A stretch of DNA of 58,635 nt from Bacteroidia bacterium (GTDB taxonomy: Bacteria; Bacteroidota; Bacteroidia; NS11-12g; UBA955). Position 1 is the stretch's first letter; every line of letters begins with the position of its first letter. The DNA is taken from positions 1 to 58,635 of the forward strand of contig JBIPNH010000005.1 of the NCBI GenBank assembly GCA_044373665.1. Direction: 5' to 3'. The notes beneath the pieces were generated by a model. The model was not told the DNA's origin. It made no database searches and worked only from the letters and a program-made list of their open reading frames with translations. Positions 35,269 to 45,057 of this stretch are shown in pieces. Made by a program: the position numbers and the translations under genes.

Positions 35269-36567
35269 TTATTTGTTGTAATCATCTGTGCCACTGTCGT
35301 CTTTTATCCATTGTTTGAAACTGCCAATAAAGTCTAAAAACTTGCTTCCGCCTTTAATGGTTTTAGGGTTTGCAATTTTTGACTTATTCTCAGGTTTTAC
35401 ATTGTTTATATCCATGTCTTTAAACCCTTTTAATACCAAGCCAATACAAGTTGCATACATCGGACTTTTAACTTCTTCTACTAATCCTTTTCCTAGGTGT
35501 GGATCAGGTAAGCCAATTTTTACTTCACAACCCAAAACATAAGAAGCCAAATTACTCAAATCTTTTAATTGTGCACCACCGCCTGTTAAAACAACCCCTA
35601 AGTTAAGCTTGTTTTGATAGCCAGATAGTTTGATTTCCTCGTTAACCATTTCCAATATCTCTTTCATTCTTGCGTGGATAACATGAGCCAAGTTGCGTTC
35701 AACTATCTCTTTTGGTTTTCTATCGCCTATGCCCTTTACCGAAATTACAGTATTGGTTCTAGCGCCTTGTGGTGTAGCATGACCGTGTTTTACTTTAACC
35801 AATTCCGCTTGTTTTTCAATGATTTTGAAAGCGTCAACAATATCTGCTGTAATGATTTCACCACCATAAGGGATTACTGCAGTGTGTCTTATTTTGCCAT
35901 CGTGAAAAATAGCGATATCGGTAGTGCCACCACCAATGTCAATAATAGCAATTCCACTGTTTATTTCTTCTTCAGATAAAACAGCATGCGCAGATGCAAT
36001 AGGTTCAACAATAACGTCATTGGCTATTAATCCAGCGTTTTCAACACATTTTACTATGGTTTTAGCAGCACTTACTCTACCTGTTACAATGTGGTATTTG
36101 CATTCAAGTTTAGTTCCCTGCATTCCAATTGGTTCCTTGGTTGGAAAACGATCGTCTATGTTATATTCCTGTGGAAGGGCATGCAATATTTTTGAACCTG
36201 CATCCACCACAATTCTAAATTGTTCTTTATTCATGTCCTCCAATTCCTTGGCAGTTATTTCAGATTCTGAATTTTCTCTGATTTTTACTCCATTTTGTTG
36301 GAAACTTCTGATATGTTCTCCAGCTATACCAACGTGAACAGCATTAATCTGAACGTTGGAAATGTTTGAAGCTTTGGCAACCGCATGTCTTATTGCTTCT
36401 ACCGTTTTGGTGATATTGGTAACTTCGCCTCTCATAACTCCGCCCAATGAAGGATGTGAACCAACACCCAAAATGTTGATTTTACCAAATTCATTCATTT
36501 GACCTACTATTGCACACACTTTTGTTGTGCCAATATCTAAACCTACTATTAAATTATTTTCTGACAT
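35269..36567 (-). CDS. ftsA: Cell division protein FtsA
   Basis: 432 aa actin-like ATPase with VGLDIGTTKVCA, IDIGGGTTDIAIF and VLTGGGAQL. Confidence 0.95.
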   Translation of the reverse strand: MSENNLIVGLDIGTTKVCAIVGQMNEFGKINILGVGSHPSLGGVMRGEVTNITKTVEAIRHAVAKASNISNVQINAVHVGIAGEHIRSFQQNGVKIRENSESEITAKELEDMNKEQFRIVVDAGSKILHALPQEYNIDDRFPTKEPIGMQGTKLECKYHIVTGRVSAAKTIVKCVENAGLIANDVIVEPIASAHAVLSEEEINSGIAIIDIGGGTTDIAIFHDGKIRHTAVIPYGGEIITADIVDAFKIIEKQAELVKVKHGHATPQGARTNTVISVKGIGDRKPKEIVERNLAHVIHARMKEILEMVNEEIKLSGYQNKLNLGVVLTGGGAQLKDLSNLASYVLGCEVKIGLPDPHLGKGLVEEVKSPMYATCIGLVLKGFKDMDINNVKPENKSKIANPKTIKGGSKFLDFIGSFKQWIKDDSGTDDYNK

Positions 36568-36575
36568 GTTTTTCT

Positions 36576-37370
36576 TTAATTTCTTTTTTCTGCTACGATT
36601 TGACCTTTGTACTTTAAATTGATTCGATTGTATTTATCCCATCCAACTGTATTTAATCCTTTACTATATAGCGCTTTTAAGTTGTTGAATTTTTCGTCTA
36701 TAAATAATGCAGAACCAAATACAATACTATGATTTCCTACCTTAGGAATCAATATTATGTCCATAAAATTATCTACATACAATTGTTCAATTTGTGATTT
36801 CCAAAATGGATTAGCATTGCAGTAGTTCACAATTGATGTTATATCTTGTAGTATAGGACTGCTTGCAAAGTTAGAATCTGTAAGGCTTTCAGCTATATTT
36901 CCATTGGCAATAATAACCCTAGGGGTGAAGTCGGAACCAGCCGGAAATTTGTATCCATTTTTTGATACATAGTACGTTTGACCTGTGCTAGAATAAACTC
37001 TTAAAATGGCTTCTCTTTGCTTTATCTTAATAAATAATTGCCCCGATTGGTCTAGTAAGATGTCTGCATTTTCAATAAATGGATTTTTTTCTAGTTGTTT
37101 TTCCATCTCAGAAATATTTAATTCTTTGACATATAAACCGTTTGACAATGGATTGGTAAGTCGCTCGTTTATAATTGATGTGATTTTTGCACTGTCAATA
37201 AAATTAATTTCATCCGATTTTTTAATGTCAATTTTTATAGTTTTCAGCTTAAGTTCATTTTCATTTTTGTTTATGAATATAGCAAATATTATCAAACACA
37301 CACCCATGCCTATCCACACTCCTGCGTTCCAAATTTTATTGCTCTTTATGTATTCAATATACTTAAGCAT
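36576..37370 (-). CDS. ftsQ: Cell division protein FtsQ
   Basis: 264 aa with a single N-terminal TM helix followed by a POTRA-like domain. It lies between murC and ftsA. Confidence 0.8.
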   Translation of the reverse strand: MLKYIEYIKSNKIWNAGVWIGMGVCLIIFAIFINKNENELKLKTIKIDIKKSDEINFIDSAKITSIINERLTNPLSNGLYVKELNISEMEKQLEKNPFIENADILLDQSGQLFIKIKQREAILRVYSSTGQTYYVSKNGYKFPAGSDFTPRVIIANGNIAESLTDSNFASSPILQDITSIVNYCNANPFWKSQIEQLYVDNFMDIILIPKVGNHSIVFGSALFIDEKFNNLKALYSKGLNTVGWDKYNRINLKYKGQIVAEKRN

Positions 37371-38736
37371 TTTGGTATATTTCTGTGATTGGCTTTATTA
37401 ATTGATCTATATTTCCGGCACCCATAATTAATAACAACGGTACTTGTTTTTCCTTAAGTTGTTTTAAAATATTGTCATGTGAAATTAAGACCACTGGTTT
37501 TTTCATTTTCAAGGCTAAAAATTCGCTATTTATTCCCGGAATGGGTAGTTCTCTCGCCGGATAAATATCCATTAACCAACATTCGTCAAGCAAATCAAGG
37601 GATTCTGCAAATTCATCTGCAAAATCTCTGGTTCTTGAATATAAGTGTGGTTGAAATATGCCCACTGTCTTTTGATAAGGATACAATTCCTTAACTGATA
37701 ATATAAATGAACTAAGCTCTGTAGGATGGTGTGCATAATCATCTATAACAATATGGTTTTCTTGCTTTACAATGTACTCAAATCTTCTTTTTACACCCAA
37801 GAACTTTGCGCAGGATGAAACAATAGATTGTATTGGTAATCCCATTTGTAAACAAGCAGTAATGGCTGCTGTGGTGTTTTCTACATTGTGAAATCCCGGA
37901 ATACCATTACAAACATCAACAGTTGTTTCCTTATAACTATATTGGAAGTGAAATTGCCCTTCTTTAATGTTTATTTCACTAATGATGGCATCGCAATTTT
38001 CGTTTTTCCCATATTTAATATTCTCTTTGTCTTCTTTAATATCTGCTTTTTCGCAAATAATTTTCTTTCCATCTGCTTTTGTGTTTTTCAAAAACTCATG
38101 AAAAGTTTCAATGACATCGGCATGCTGACCATAAATATCCAAATGGTCGGCATCGGTTGAGGTTACTATGGCAATATTAGGTTTTAAATGGAGAAAACTG
38201 CGGTCGTATTCGTCGGCCTCCACAACAATAATATCTTCTTTTAATAGTTTAATGCCGTCCGTTTTGTGGATGTAATTTGAATTTAAATTGGTGCTTATGC
38301 CTCCAAGGAATGCAGTGAAGTTGATATTGTTGTCGTTTAAAATATGTGCAATTAAACAACTGGTTGTGGTTTTTCCATGGGTGCCAGCTATGGCAATTGT
38401 ATATTGATTTTCGGAAATCAATCCCAGTATTTCGGCTCTTTTATAAAGCTTAATTCCAAGCGATATTAAATGTACTTTTTCCTTGTGTTCATTAGGGATT
38501 GCTGGTGTATATATAACTAAGCCTTTGTTTTGTAATATCTCTTCAGGTATTGCTTTAATGTCTTCGTTATAATGGATTTCAAATCCTTCTTTTTCTAGTT
38601 GTATTGTAAAGTCATTTCTGGTTTTATCGTATCCGCTTACCTGTATACCTATTGAATTAAAATACCTTGCAATAGCACTCATGCCTATGCCACCAATACC
38701 AATAAAGTAGGCTGTTTTTATGTCAGTTAGTCTCAT
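37363..38736 (-). CDS. murC: UDP-N-acetylmuramate--L-alanine ligase
   Basis: 457 aa with GIGGIGMSAIA, AGTHGKTTT and DDYAHHPTEL. Confidence 0.93.
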   Translation of the reverse strand: MRLTDIKTAYFIGIGGIGMSAIARYFNSIGIQVSGYDKTRNDFTIQLEKEGFEIHYNEDIKAIPEEILQNKGLVIYTPAIPNEHKEKVHLISLGIKLYKRAEILGLISENQYTIAIAGTHGKTTTSCLIAHILNDNNINFTAFLGGISTNLNSNYIHKTDGIKLLKEDIIVVEADEYDRSFLHLKPNIAIVTSTDADHLDIYGQHADVIETFHEFLKNTKADGKKIICEKADIKEDKENIKYGKNENCDAIISEINIKEGQFHFQYSYKETTVDVCNGIPGFHNVENTTAAITACLQMGLPIQSIVSSCAKFLGVKRRFEYIVKQENHIVIDDYAHHPTELSSFILSVKELYPYQKTVGIFQPHLYSRTRDFADEFAESLDLLDECWLMDIYPARELPIPGINSEFLALKMKKPVVLISHDNILKQLKEKQVPLLLIMGAGNIDQLIKPITEIYQNA

Positions 38737-39821
38737 AGGATGATTTGTTCTATAACGTTTACTATTCTTACACTAGCATCTGGTTTTGCCATTTCCTTGA
38801 TGTTGTTTGATAAGGATTTTTGAAGATCTTTGTTGTTGTTTAATTCGGTAATTACCGAATTTATTTTATTTATAGCTTCACTGTCTTTAACTAAAATGGC
38901 AGCTTCATTATTACTTAACGAAAGTGCATTTTTGGTTTGGTGGTCGTCGGTTACATTGGGTGAAGGAATTAAAATAACTGGTTTTCCTACTATTTGTAAT
39001 TCGCTGATTGATAAAGCGCCAGCTCTAGAGATAATGATATCTGCTGCGGCATAAGCTTCGGTCATGTTTTGAATAAATGGACTTATTTTAAGATCTTTAT
39101 TTTCAGGAATTTCATTTTTATAATTTTTCCCAGTTTGCCAGTAAATTGAAATGGATTGGTTTAAAATACTTGTATAGTTTTTAGTAAGGGCATTGTTGAT
39201 AGTTCGAGCACCCAAGCTGCCACCAATAACCAATAAAAGAGGTTTGTTTTTGTCAAATCCAAGCTTTTCTTTCATTTTTGATTGTGAGTATTGTGACACA
39301 GTTAATATGTCTTGCCTTACTGGATTTCCTGTAAAGACAATTTTGTCATTGTCGAAAAATTGAAACATATCTTCGTAAGCAACGCAACACTTGGTGCTTT
39401 TTTGACTCAGTATTCTGTTGGTTAGTCCTGGATATGAATTTTGTTCTTGAATGACGGTTGGAATTTTCATCAAATTGGCAACATATAATACCGCAGCACT
39501 TGCATAGCCTCCAACACCAATTACGCAATCTGGTTTGTGTTTTTTTAGTATTCGAAATGAAAGATAAAGACTTGCTACTAATTTAAAAGGGACTAATAAG
39601 TTTTTTAAAGTGAGTTTTCTTTGAATACCTGCAATAGGAAGTCCTATAATAGGATATCCTGCTTGAGGTACTTTTTCCATTTCCATTTTGTTTTGCGCAC
39701 CTACAAATTGGATAGCGGCATTGGGATAACGGTTTTTTATCTCATTTGCTATTGCAATAGCCGGAAAAATATGACCTCCGGTGCCACCACCCGATATAAT
39801 AACTGATTTAATTTCCTTCAT
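38733..39821 (-). CDS. murG: UDP-GlcNAc:undecaprenyl-PP-MurNAc-pentapeptide GlcNAc transferase MurG
   Basis: SGGGTGGHIFPAIAIA lies near the N-terminus. The start is placed at the ATG at 39821 (MKEIKSV). The track's TTG at 39863 would overlap ftsW by 56 nt. Confidence 0.9.
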   Translation of the reverse strand: MKEIKSVIISGGGTGGHIFPAIAIANEIKNRYPNAAIQFVGAQNKMEMEKVPQAGYPIIGLPIAGIQRKLTLKNLLVPFKLVASLYLSFRILKKHKPDCVIGVGGYASAAVLYVANLMKIPTVIQEQNSYPGLTNRILSQKSTKCCVAYEDMFQFFDNDKIVFTGNPVRQDILTVSQYSQSKMKEKLGFDKNKPLLLVIGGSLGARTINNALTKNYTSILNQSISIYWQTGKNYKNEIPENKDLKISPFIQNMTEAYAAADIIISRAGALSISELQIVGKPVILIPSPNVTDDHQTKNALSLSNNEAAILVKDSEAINKINSVITELNNNKDLQKSLSNNIKEMAKPDASVRIVNVIEQIIL

Positions 39822-40977
39822 TGTTTGCAATATTAGTTTCAGTTTGATTGTTTTGTTCTTCAACAGTTCTACTCACACTCAGGAGCACTCCAAATGCAGC
39901 ACTTGTAAAAATGATACTTGTTCCTCCCATGCTTACTAATGGGAGCGTAAGTCCTGTTACAGGAAATAAACTACTCGCTACAGCCATATGGATAAACGCT
40001 TGAAGTGATAAGCTAAATGCCAATCCAACTGCTAGTAGCGCCCCAAATGCTTTTGGACTTTTTATAACTATTCTAATGGATCGATAGAGTATTAATAAAT
40101 ACAGTCCCATCACAGTTACTCCTCCAAATAGTAATCCGAATTCTTCAATTATTACGGCAAATATAAAGTCAGAATAGGGGTGAGGGAGGTAGGCGCTTTG
40201 CTCTCCTTTGCCTGGTCCTTTGCCAAATAAACCACCTGAAGTAATGGCTATTTTAGCTTGGACAGTTTGGAAACTCTCAGTAGAGTCTCCACCACTGAAA
40301 TTCTGAATCCTCGCTTTCCATGTGGCAAATCTTCCGGGAAGCAAATCGTCGGGTGCGTTTTTTAAAGTTAAATAACCCATTGTTAAAAAGCTAGCAGATG
40401 CCAATGTTAAAATAAGTAAAAATTTTAGTTTGGTATTGCCTATAAATAACAATAAACACGAGGTGAAAAATAAAACAAGTGAGGTGCTTAAATTCTCAGG
40501 TAAAATTAATGCACATATAACAATTATCCATGCCAGTATTTTCAAAAAGCCCTTCCAGGAGTTCAATTCTTCCTGATTTTTTGACAAATATCTTGCAATG
40601 AACATTATGAGTGCAAACTTGGCGTAGTCGCTTGCCTGAAATGTGATTCCTAAAATTGTTATTGTTCTTTTGGCGTCATTTATGTCGTGTCCAAAAATTA
40701 AAGTAGCTAACAATAAAGGAATAGCCAGAAAAATGGCAATTTGCGATAATCTCGAAAAATACACATAGTCCAATAAATGGAAAAAGTACATCAAGAAGTA
40801 GCCGCCAAATAGAAATAAAATATGCCTAAAAAGAAAGTATTCAGTATTGCCTCCAAATTTTTTGAAAGCCAAAGAACCCGTTGCACTGTATACCTCTATT
40901 AAGCCTATACTAGTTAGGCAAAATATAGCTATCCAAATGTATGGGTCGCCTTTGAATTTTAACTTTCCAATTTGCAT
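39808..40977 (-). CDS. ftsW: SEDS-family peptidoglycan polymerase FtsW
   Basis: 389 aa with about 10 TM helices, plus FQASDYAKFALIMFIA and TDFIFAV-like (SDFIFAVI) motifs. In dcw position. Confidence 0.9.
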   Translation of the reverse strand: MQIGKLKFKGDPYIWIAIFCLTSIGLIEVYSATGSLAFKKFGGNTEYFLFRHILFLFGGYFLMYFFHLLDYVYFSRLSQIAIFLAIPLLLATLIFGHDINDAKRTITILGITFQASDYAKFALIMFIARYLSKNQEELNSWKGFLKILAWIIVICALILPENLSTSLVLFFTSCLLLFIGNTKLKFLLILTLASASFLTMGYLTLKNAPDDLLPGRFATWKARIQNFSGGDSTESFQTVQAKIAITSGGLFGKGPGKGEQSAYLPHPYSDFIFAVIIEEFGLLFGGVTVMGLYLLILYRSIRIVIKSPKAFGALLAVGLAFSLSLQAFIHMAVASSLFPVTGLTLPLVSMGGTSIIFTSAAFGVLLSVSRTVEEQNNQTETNIANNEGN

Positions 40978-40986
40978 ATTTAATTC

Positions 40987-42333
40987 TTACAAATTTCTTA
41001 CAGCTTGTTTGAATTGATTGCCTCTGTCTTCGTAATTAGCAAATAAATCAAAACTTGCACATGCCGGTGAAAGCAAAACAGCATCACCTTTTTTTGCAAA
41101 TGTTTTAGCTACTAATGCAGCTTCTTCAGCGCTTGATGTATTTATCATTAAGTCAACATGTTTACCAAATGCAGAATGGATTTTACTGTTGTCTAAGCCT
41201 AAGCAAATAATCATTTTAACTTTGTCTTTAACCAAAGGGACAATACTTTCATAGTCATTGCCTTTGTCAACACCACCAGCTATCCAAATAACAGGTTTGT
41301 CCATGCTTTCAAGTGCATACCAAGCTGAATTCACATTCGTTGCTTTACTGTCATTGATGTATTCCACGCCAGCAATATTAGCGATATGTTCCAATCTGTG
41401 TTCTACATTTTGAAAGTCAAGCAAACTTTCGCGGATGGTTTCTTTGTTGATGTTTAAAACATTAGCGGCAATTGCTGCTGCCATGTTGTTGTAAGTGTTG
41501 TGGATGCCTTTAATGGCGAAATCGTTGATAAACATATTGAATTGATTTGAAGGGTTTTTAGGGTTAAGGAAATAAGCTGTTTTGTCTTTTACATAAGCGC
41601 CATTTTCGAGCACTTTTTCGTATGAAAATGATATTTTATTAGCTTCTATTTTGTGGTTTTTTAGGTGTTCTGTTACCACTTTGTCATCCTCACAATAAAT
41701 AAAAGTGTCGTTCTCATCTTGATTCATACAGATTCTAAATTTAGAAGCTACATAATTCTCAAATTGATAATTGTAACGGTCGAGGTGGTCGGGAGTAATA
41801 TTCGTTAAAATCGAAATATTAGGTTTAAAATGATAAGTATTGTCTAGTTGGAAACTGCTAATTTCCAAAACATAGTAATCGAAGTTAGAAAGCGCCACTT
41901 GACGGGCATAGCTTTTGCCAATATTCCCACCTAAGCCAACATTAAAGCCTGCCTTTTGTAATAAATGGTAACATAGCAAAGTTGTAGTTGTCTTGCCATT
42001 TGTTCCTGTAATAGCGATGTGTTTGGCTTGGGTATATTGATAAGCAAATTCAATTTCAGAGATAATTGGAATTTGTTTTGTTATTGCTTTTTGAATAATC
42101 TCTACTTTGTCTGGAATACCAGGACTTTTGATGATGATATCTGCATTCAATATTAGTGCTTCGGTGTGTTGGTTTTCTTCAAAATCAACAGACAATGAGA
42201 TGAGCTCATTTTTATAAGTTTCACCAATTGTTGATTTGTCGCTAACAAACACATCAAATTGATGTTTTTTTGCTAGAACGGCACAACCTGTTCCACTTTC
42301 ACCAGCACCTAATATGACTATTCTTTTTGACAA
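40987..42333 (-). CDS. murD: UDP-N-acetylmuramoylalanine--D-glutamate ligase
   Basis: 448 aa with VILGAGESGTG and [10 protein letters not shown]. In dcw position between mraY and ftsW. Confidence 0.92.
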   Translation of the reverse strand: MSKRIVILGAGESGTGCAVLAKKHQFDVFVSDKSTIGETYKNELISLSVDFEENQHTEALILNADIIIKSPGIPDKVEIIQKAITKQIPIISEIEFAYQYTQAKHIAITGTNGKTTTTLLCYHLLQKAGFNVGLGGNIGKSYARQVALSNFDYYVLEISSFQLDNTYHFKPNISILTNITPDHLDRYNYQFENYVASKFRICMNQDENDTFIYCEDDKVVTEHLKNHKIEANKISFSYEKVLENGAYVKDKTAYFLNPKNPSNQFNMFINDFAIKGIHNTYNNMAAAIAANVLNINKETIRESLLDFQNVEHRLEHIANIAGVEYINDSKATNVNSAWYALESMDKPVIWIAGGVDKGNDYESIVPLVKDKVKMIICLGLDNSKIHSAFGKHVDLMINTSSAEEAALVAKTFAKKGDAVLLSPACASFDLFANYEDRGNQFKQAVRNL

Positions 42334-42337
42334 TGTA

Positions 42338-43591
42338 TTATCTTAGTTTTAAAGTAATAATGGATAAAATAGCAAGGATAATTCCGATGATTAAAAAACG
42401 AGTCACGATTTTAGCTTCATGAAATCCCTTTTTTTGGTAATGGTGATGAATAGGTGACATCAAGAAAATTCTTCTCCCTTCACCGTACTTTTTCTTAGTG
42501 TATTTAAAATAGCCCACTTGAAGAACTACGCTTAAATTCTCGATTAAGAAAATACCACACAGTATTGGGATTAATAATTCTTTTCTAATGATAATAGCTA
42601 ATGCAGCAATTACTCCTCCAAGCATTAAGCTACCGGTGTCGCCCATAAAAACTTGAGCCGGATAACTGTTGTACCACAAAAATCCGATACACGCTCCAAC
42701 GTAGGCGCCTGCAAATACAAAAAGCTCACCCAAATAAGGGATGTACATTATGTTTAAATAGTCCGCAAACAAAATATTGCCAGACAAAAAGGCGAATAAT
42801 CCCAATGTAGTTCCAATAATAGCAGAGGTGCCTGCAGCTAAACCATCAATACCATCCGTAATATTTGCACCATTGGAAACGGCAGTAATTATAAAAATAA
42901 CAATTAAGGTATAGATAATCCATCCATACTTGCTATCCATTCCCAAAAAATTGCTTATTTTCTGGTAGTCAAATTCGGAATGTTTAAAGAATGGAATGGT
43001 GGTTTTAAGTGTTTTTTCGTTTTTTATAAAGTAGCTAGTGCCGTTTATTACAGTTTTGTTTAAACCAATTGTATCTATCTTGTATTGAATGGCTTCTTGC
43101 TTAGTGTAGTGATTGGTTATAACCACAGCTTTATTGAAGTAAAGGGTTAAGCCCACCACTAATCCAACTATAATTTGACCTAGTATTTTAAATCGACCCG
43201 ACAAACCTTCCTTGTCTTTTTTAAAGACTTTGATATAGTCGTCAATAAAGCCAATTAAGCCAGTTAATACAGTAACAATAATCATTAAAATTACATAAAC
43301 ATTGTTGAGTCTAGCTAGCAATAATGTAGGAATTAGAATGGCTGCTAACATTATAAGTCCACCCATTGTAGGGGTTCCTTTTTTTGCATTTTCACCTTCA
43401 AGACCTAAGTTTCTGATGGTTTCTGAAACTTGCATTTTTTGGAGCAATTGAATTAGTCTTTTGCCAAAAACAGCTGAAATGGTCAAAGATAAAATAACAG
43501 CTAAACCCATTCTAAAGGTCTGGTATTTCCAAACGCCTAATCCTATAAAATCGTAGTGGGTGTCGAGGTATGTAAAAAAATGATACAGCAT
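42338..43591 (-). CDS. mraY: Phospho-N-acetylmuramoyl-pentapeptide transferase
   Basis: 417 aa polytopic protein with [27 protein letters not shown] and PIHHH. Confidence 0.95.
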   Translation of the reverse strand: MLYHFFTYLDTHYDFIGLGVWKYQTFRMGLAVILSLTISAVFGKRLIQLLQKMQVSETIRNLGLEGENAKKGTPTMGGLIMLAAILIPTLLLARLNNVYVILMIIVTVLTGLIGFIDDYIKVFKKDKEGLSGRFKILGQIIVGLVVGLTLYFNKAVVITNHYTKQEAIQYKIDTIGLNKTVINGTSYFIKNEKTLKTTIPFFKHSEFDYQKISNFLGMDSKYGWIIYTLIVIFIITAVSNGANITDGIDGLAAGTSAIIGTTLGLFAFLSGNILFADYLNIMYIPYLGELFVFAGAYVGACIGFLWYNSYPAQVFMGDTGSLMLGGVIAALAIIIRKELLIPILCGIFLIENLSVVLQVGYFKYTKKKYGEGRRIFLMSPIHHHYQKKGFHEAKIVTRFLIIGIILAILSIITLKLR

Positions 43592-45057
43592 TATTGTATT
43601 TCTTTAAATAATTCTTGAATAATAATTCGGTCGTCAAATGGGTGTTTTACGCCATTTATTTCCTGATAGGTTTCGTGTCCTTTCCCAGCTACAAGGATTA
43701 AATCGCCTTTCTTGCAAAGCATCAATCCTGCCCTAATGGCTTCTTTTCGGTCACTGATTTTAAGTATTTTTTTGTAATCACTTGCATGGATTCCAAGCAT
43801 CATTTCTTCAATAATTTGCTGTGGATCTTCTGTTCTAGGATTGTCGCTGGTTAATATTACTTTATTGCTTTTTTGTGCAGCAATTCTTCCCATTTCTGGT
43901 CTTTTTTCTTTGTCTCTGTTGCCGCCACATCCTAGTATGCTAATAAGTTGTTCGTTTTGTGAACGTATGTTGTTAATAGTATCTAAAACATTTTCTAAGG
44001 CATCGGGCGTGTGTGCATAATCAACAATAGCAACCACACCTTCGCTGCTTTTGTATATTTCAAATCTTCCATTAACACGGTTTTGTTTGGAAAGGTGTTG
44101 TATAATAACTTCTCTTTCTTCTCCTAACAAAAATGCAACAGAGTAAGCAGCCAATAAATTGTAAGCATTAAACTTACCTACTAGGTTATACCAAGCTTCT
44201 ATTTGGTCAATTTTTAATAATAACCCATCAAAGTCTGATTCAATAATTTTGCAATTAAAATCAGCCATCGTTTTTAAGGCATAACTGTATTTAACGGCTT
44301 TTGTGTTTTGAAGCATTATACTGCCATTTTTATCGTCCTTGTTCGTCAAAGCAAAAGCATCGTTAGGCAGCATGTCAAAAAATCCTTTTTTGGCTTGGAT
44401 GTAGTTGGCAAATGTTTTATGGTAATCCAAATGATCGTGTGTGATATTTGTAAATACGCCGCCATCGAATAATAATCCGTTAATTCTTCCTTGAACAATG
44501 GCATGTGAACTTACTTCCATAAAGCAATATTCACAACCTGCCTCAACCATTTGCGACATTAAAAAGTTAAGTTTGATTGGGTCAGGCGTGGTGTGTGTGC
44601 TGTTGTATTTTTGAGTGCCAATAATATATTCAACGGTGCTGATTAATCCACATTGGTAACCCAATGAAGTAAATAAATGATAAAGGATACTTGTGCATGT
44701 GGTTTTGCCGTTTGTGCCAGTAACCCCAACTAATTTAAAGTGTTGAGAAGGGTTTTCGTAATAGGCAGAAGCAAGGAATCCACAGCTTTGTTGAACGTCA
44801 TCAACCAAAAGATATGTAACTTCTGGATTTAATTCTTTTGGTAAAGTGCTACAAACAATAACAGAAGCGCCCATTTCAATAACACTAGGAATGTATTGGT
44901 GCGCATCAGTACTTGTTCCTTTTACTGCAAAAAATAAAGCATCTTTTTTAACTTCACGTGAGTCGAGTGTTAAAAAACTAATCTCTTTTTCCAAAGAGCC
45001 GAAAACCTCAATTGGATTTTTATAGTTTTTGATGATATCTTTTACTTTAATTATCAT
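43591..45057 (-). CDS. murE: UDP-N-acetylmuramoyl-L-alanyl-D-glutamate--2,6-diaminopimelate ligase
   Basis: 488 aa with [30 protein letters not shown] and DNPR (meso-DAP type). Confidence 0.92.
   Translation of the reverse strand: MIIKVKDIIKNYKNPIEVFGSLEKEISFLTLDSREVKKDALFFAVKGTSTDAHQYIPSVIEMGASVIVCSTLPKELNPEVTYLLVDDVQQSCGFLASAYYENPSQHFKLVGVTGTNGKTTCTSILYHLFTSLGYQCGLISTVEYIIGTQKYNSTHTTPDPIKLNFLMSQMVEAGCEYCFMEVSSHAIVQGRINGLLFDGGVFTNITHDHLDYHKTFANYIQAKKGFFDMLPNDAFALTNKDDKNGSIMLQNTKAVKYSYALKTMADFNCKIIESDFDGLLLKIDQIEAWYNLVGKFNAYNLLAAYSVAFLLGEEREVIIQHLSKQNRVNGRFEIYKSSEGVVAIVDYAHTPDALENVLDTINNIRSQNEQLISILGCGGNRDKEKRPEMGRIAAQKSNKVILTSDNPRTEDPQQIIEEMMLGIHASDYKKILKISDRKEAIRAGLMLCKKGDLILVAGKGHETYQEINGVKHPFDDRIIIQELFKEIQ

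Noticed and set aside
35924-37401. Plus-strand ORFs of 137 aa (35924-36337) and 131 aa (37006-37401), plus several shorter ones inside the dcw cluster
   Set aside because: They are antisense to the highly conserved ftsA and ftsQ genes and have Ser/Ile/Phe-rich low-complexity composition. They are typical shadow ORFs of AT-rich coding DNA. The same applies to 10925-11434(-), 53084-53464(+), 8916-9266(-) and 13222-13515(-).
39822-39863. Longer murG ORF starting at TTG 39863 (MKNKTIKLKLILQT...)
   Set aside because: The extension would overlap ftsW by 56 nt and adds a non-conserved basic peptide. The ATG at 39821 gives MKEIKSVIISGGGTGGH, the normal distance from the MurG G-loop.
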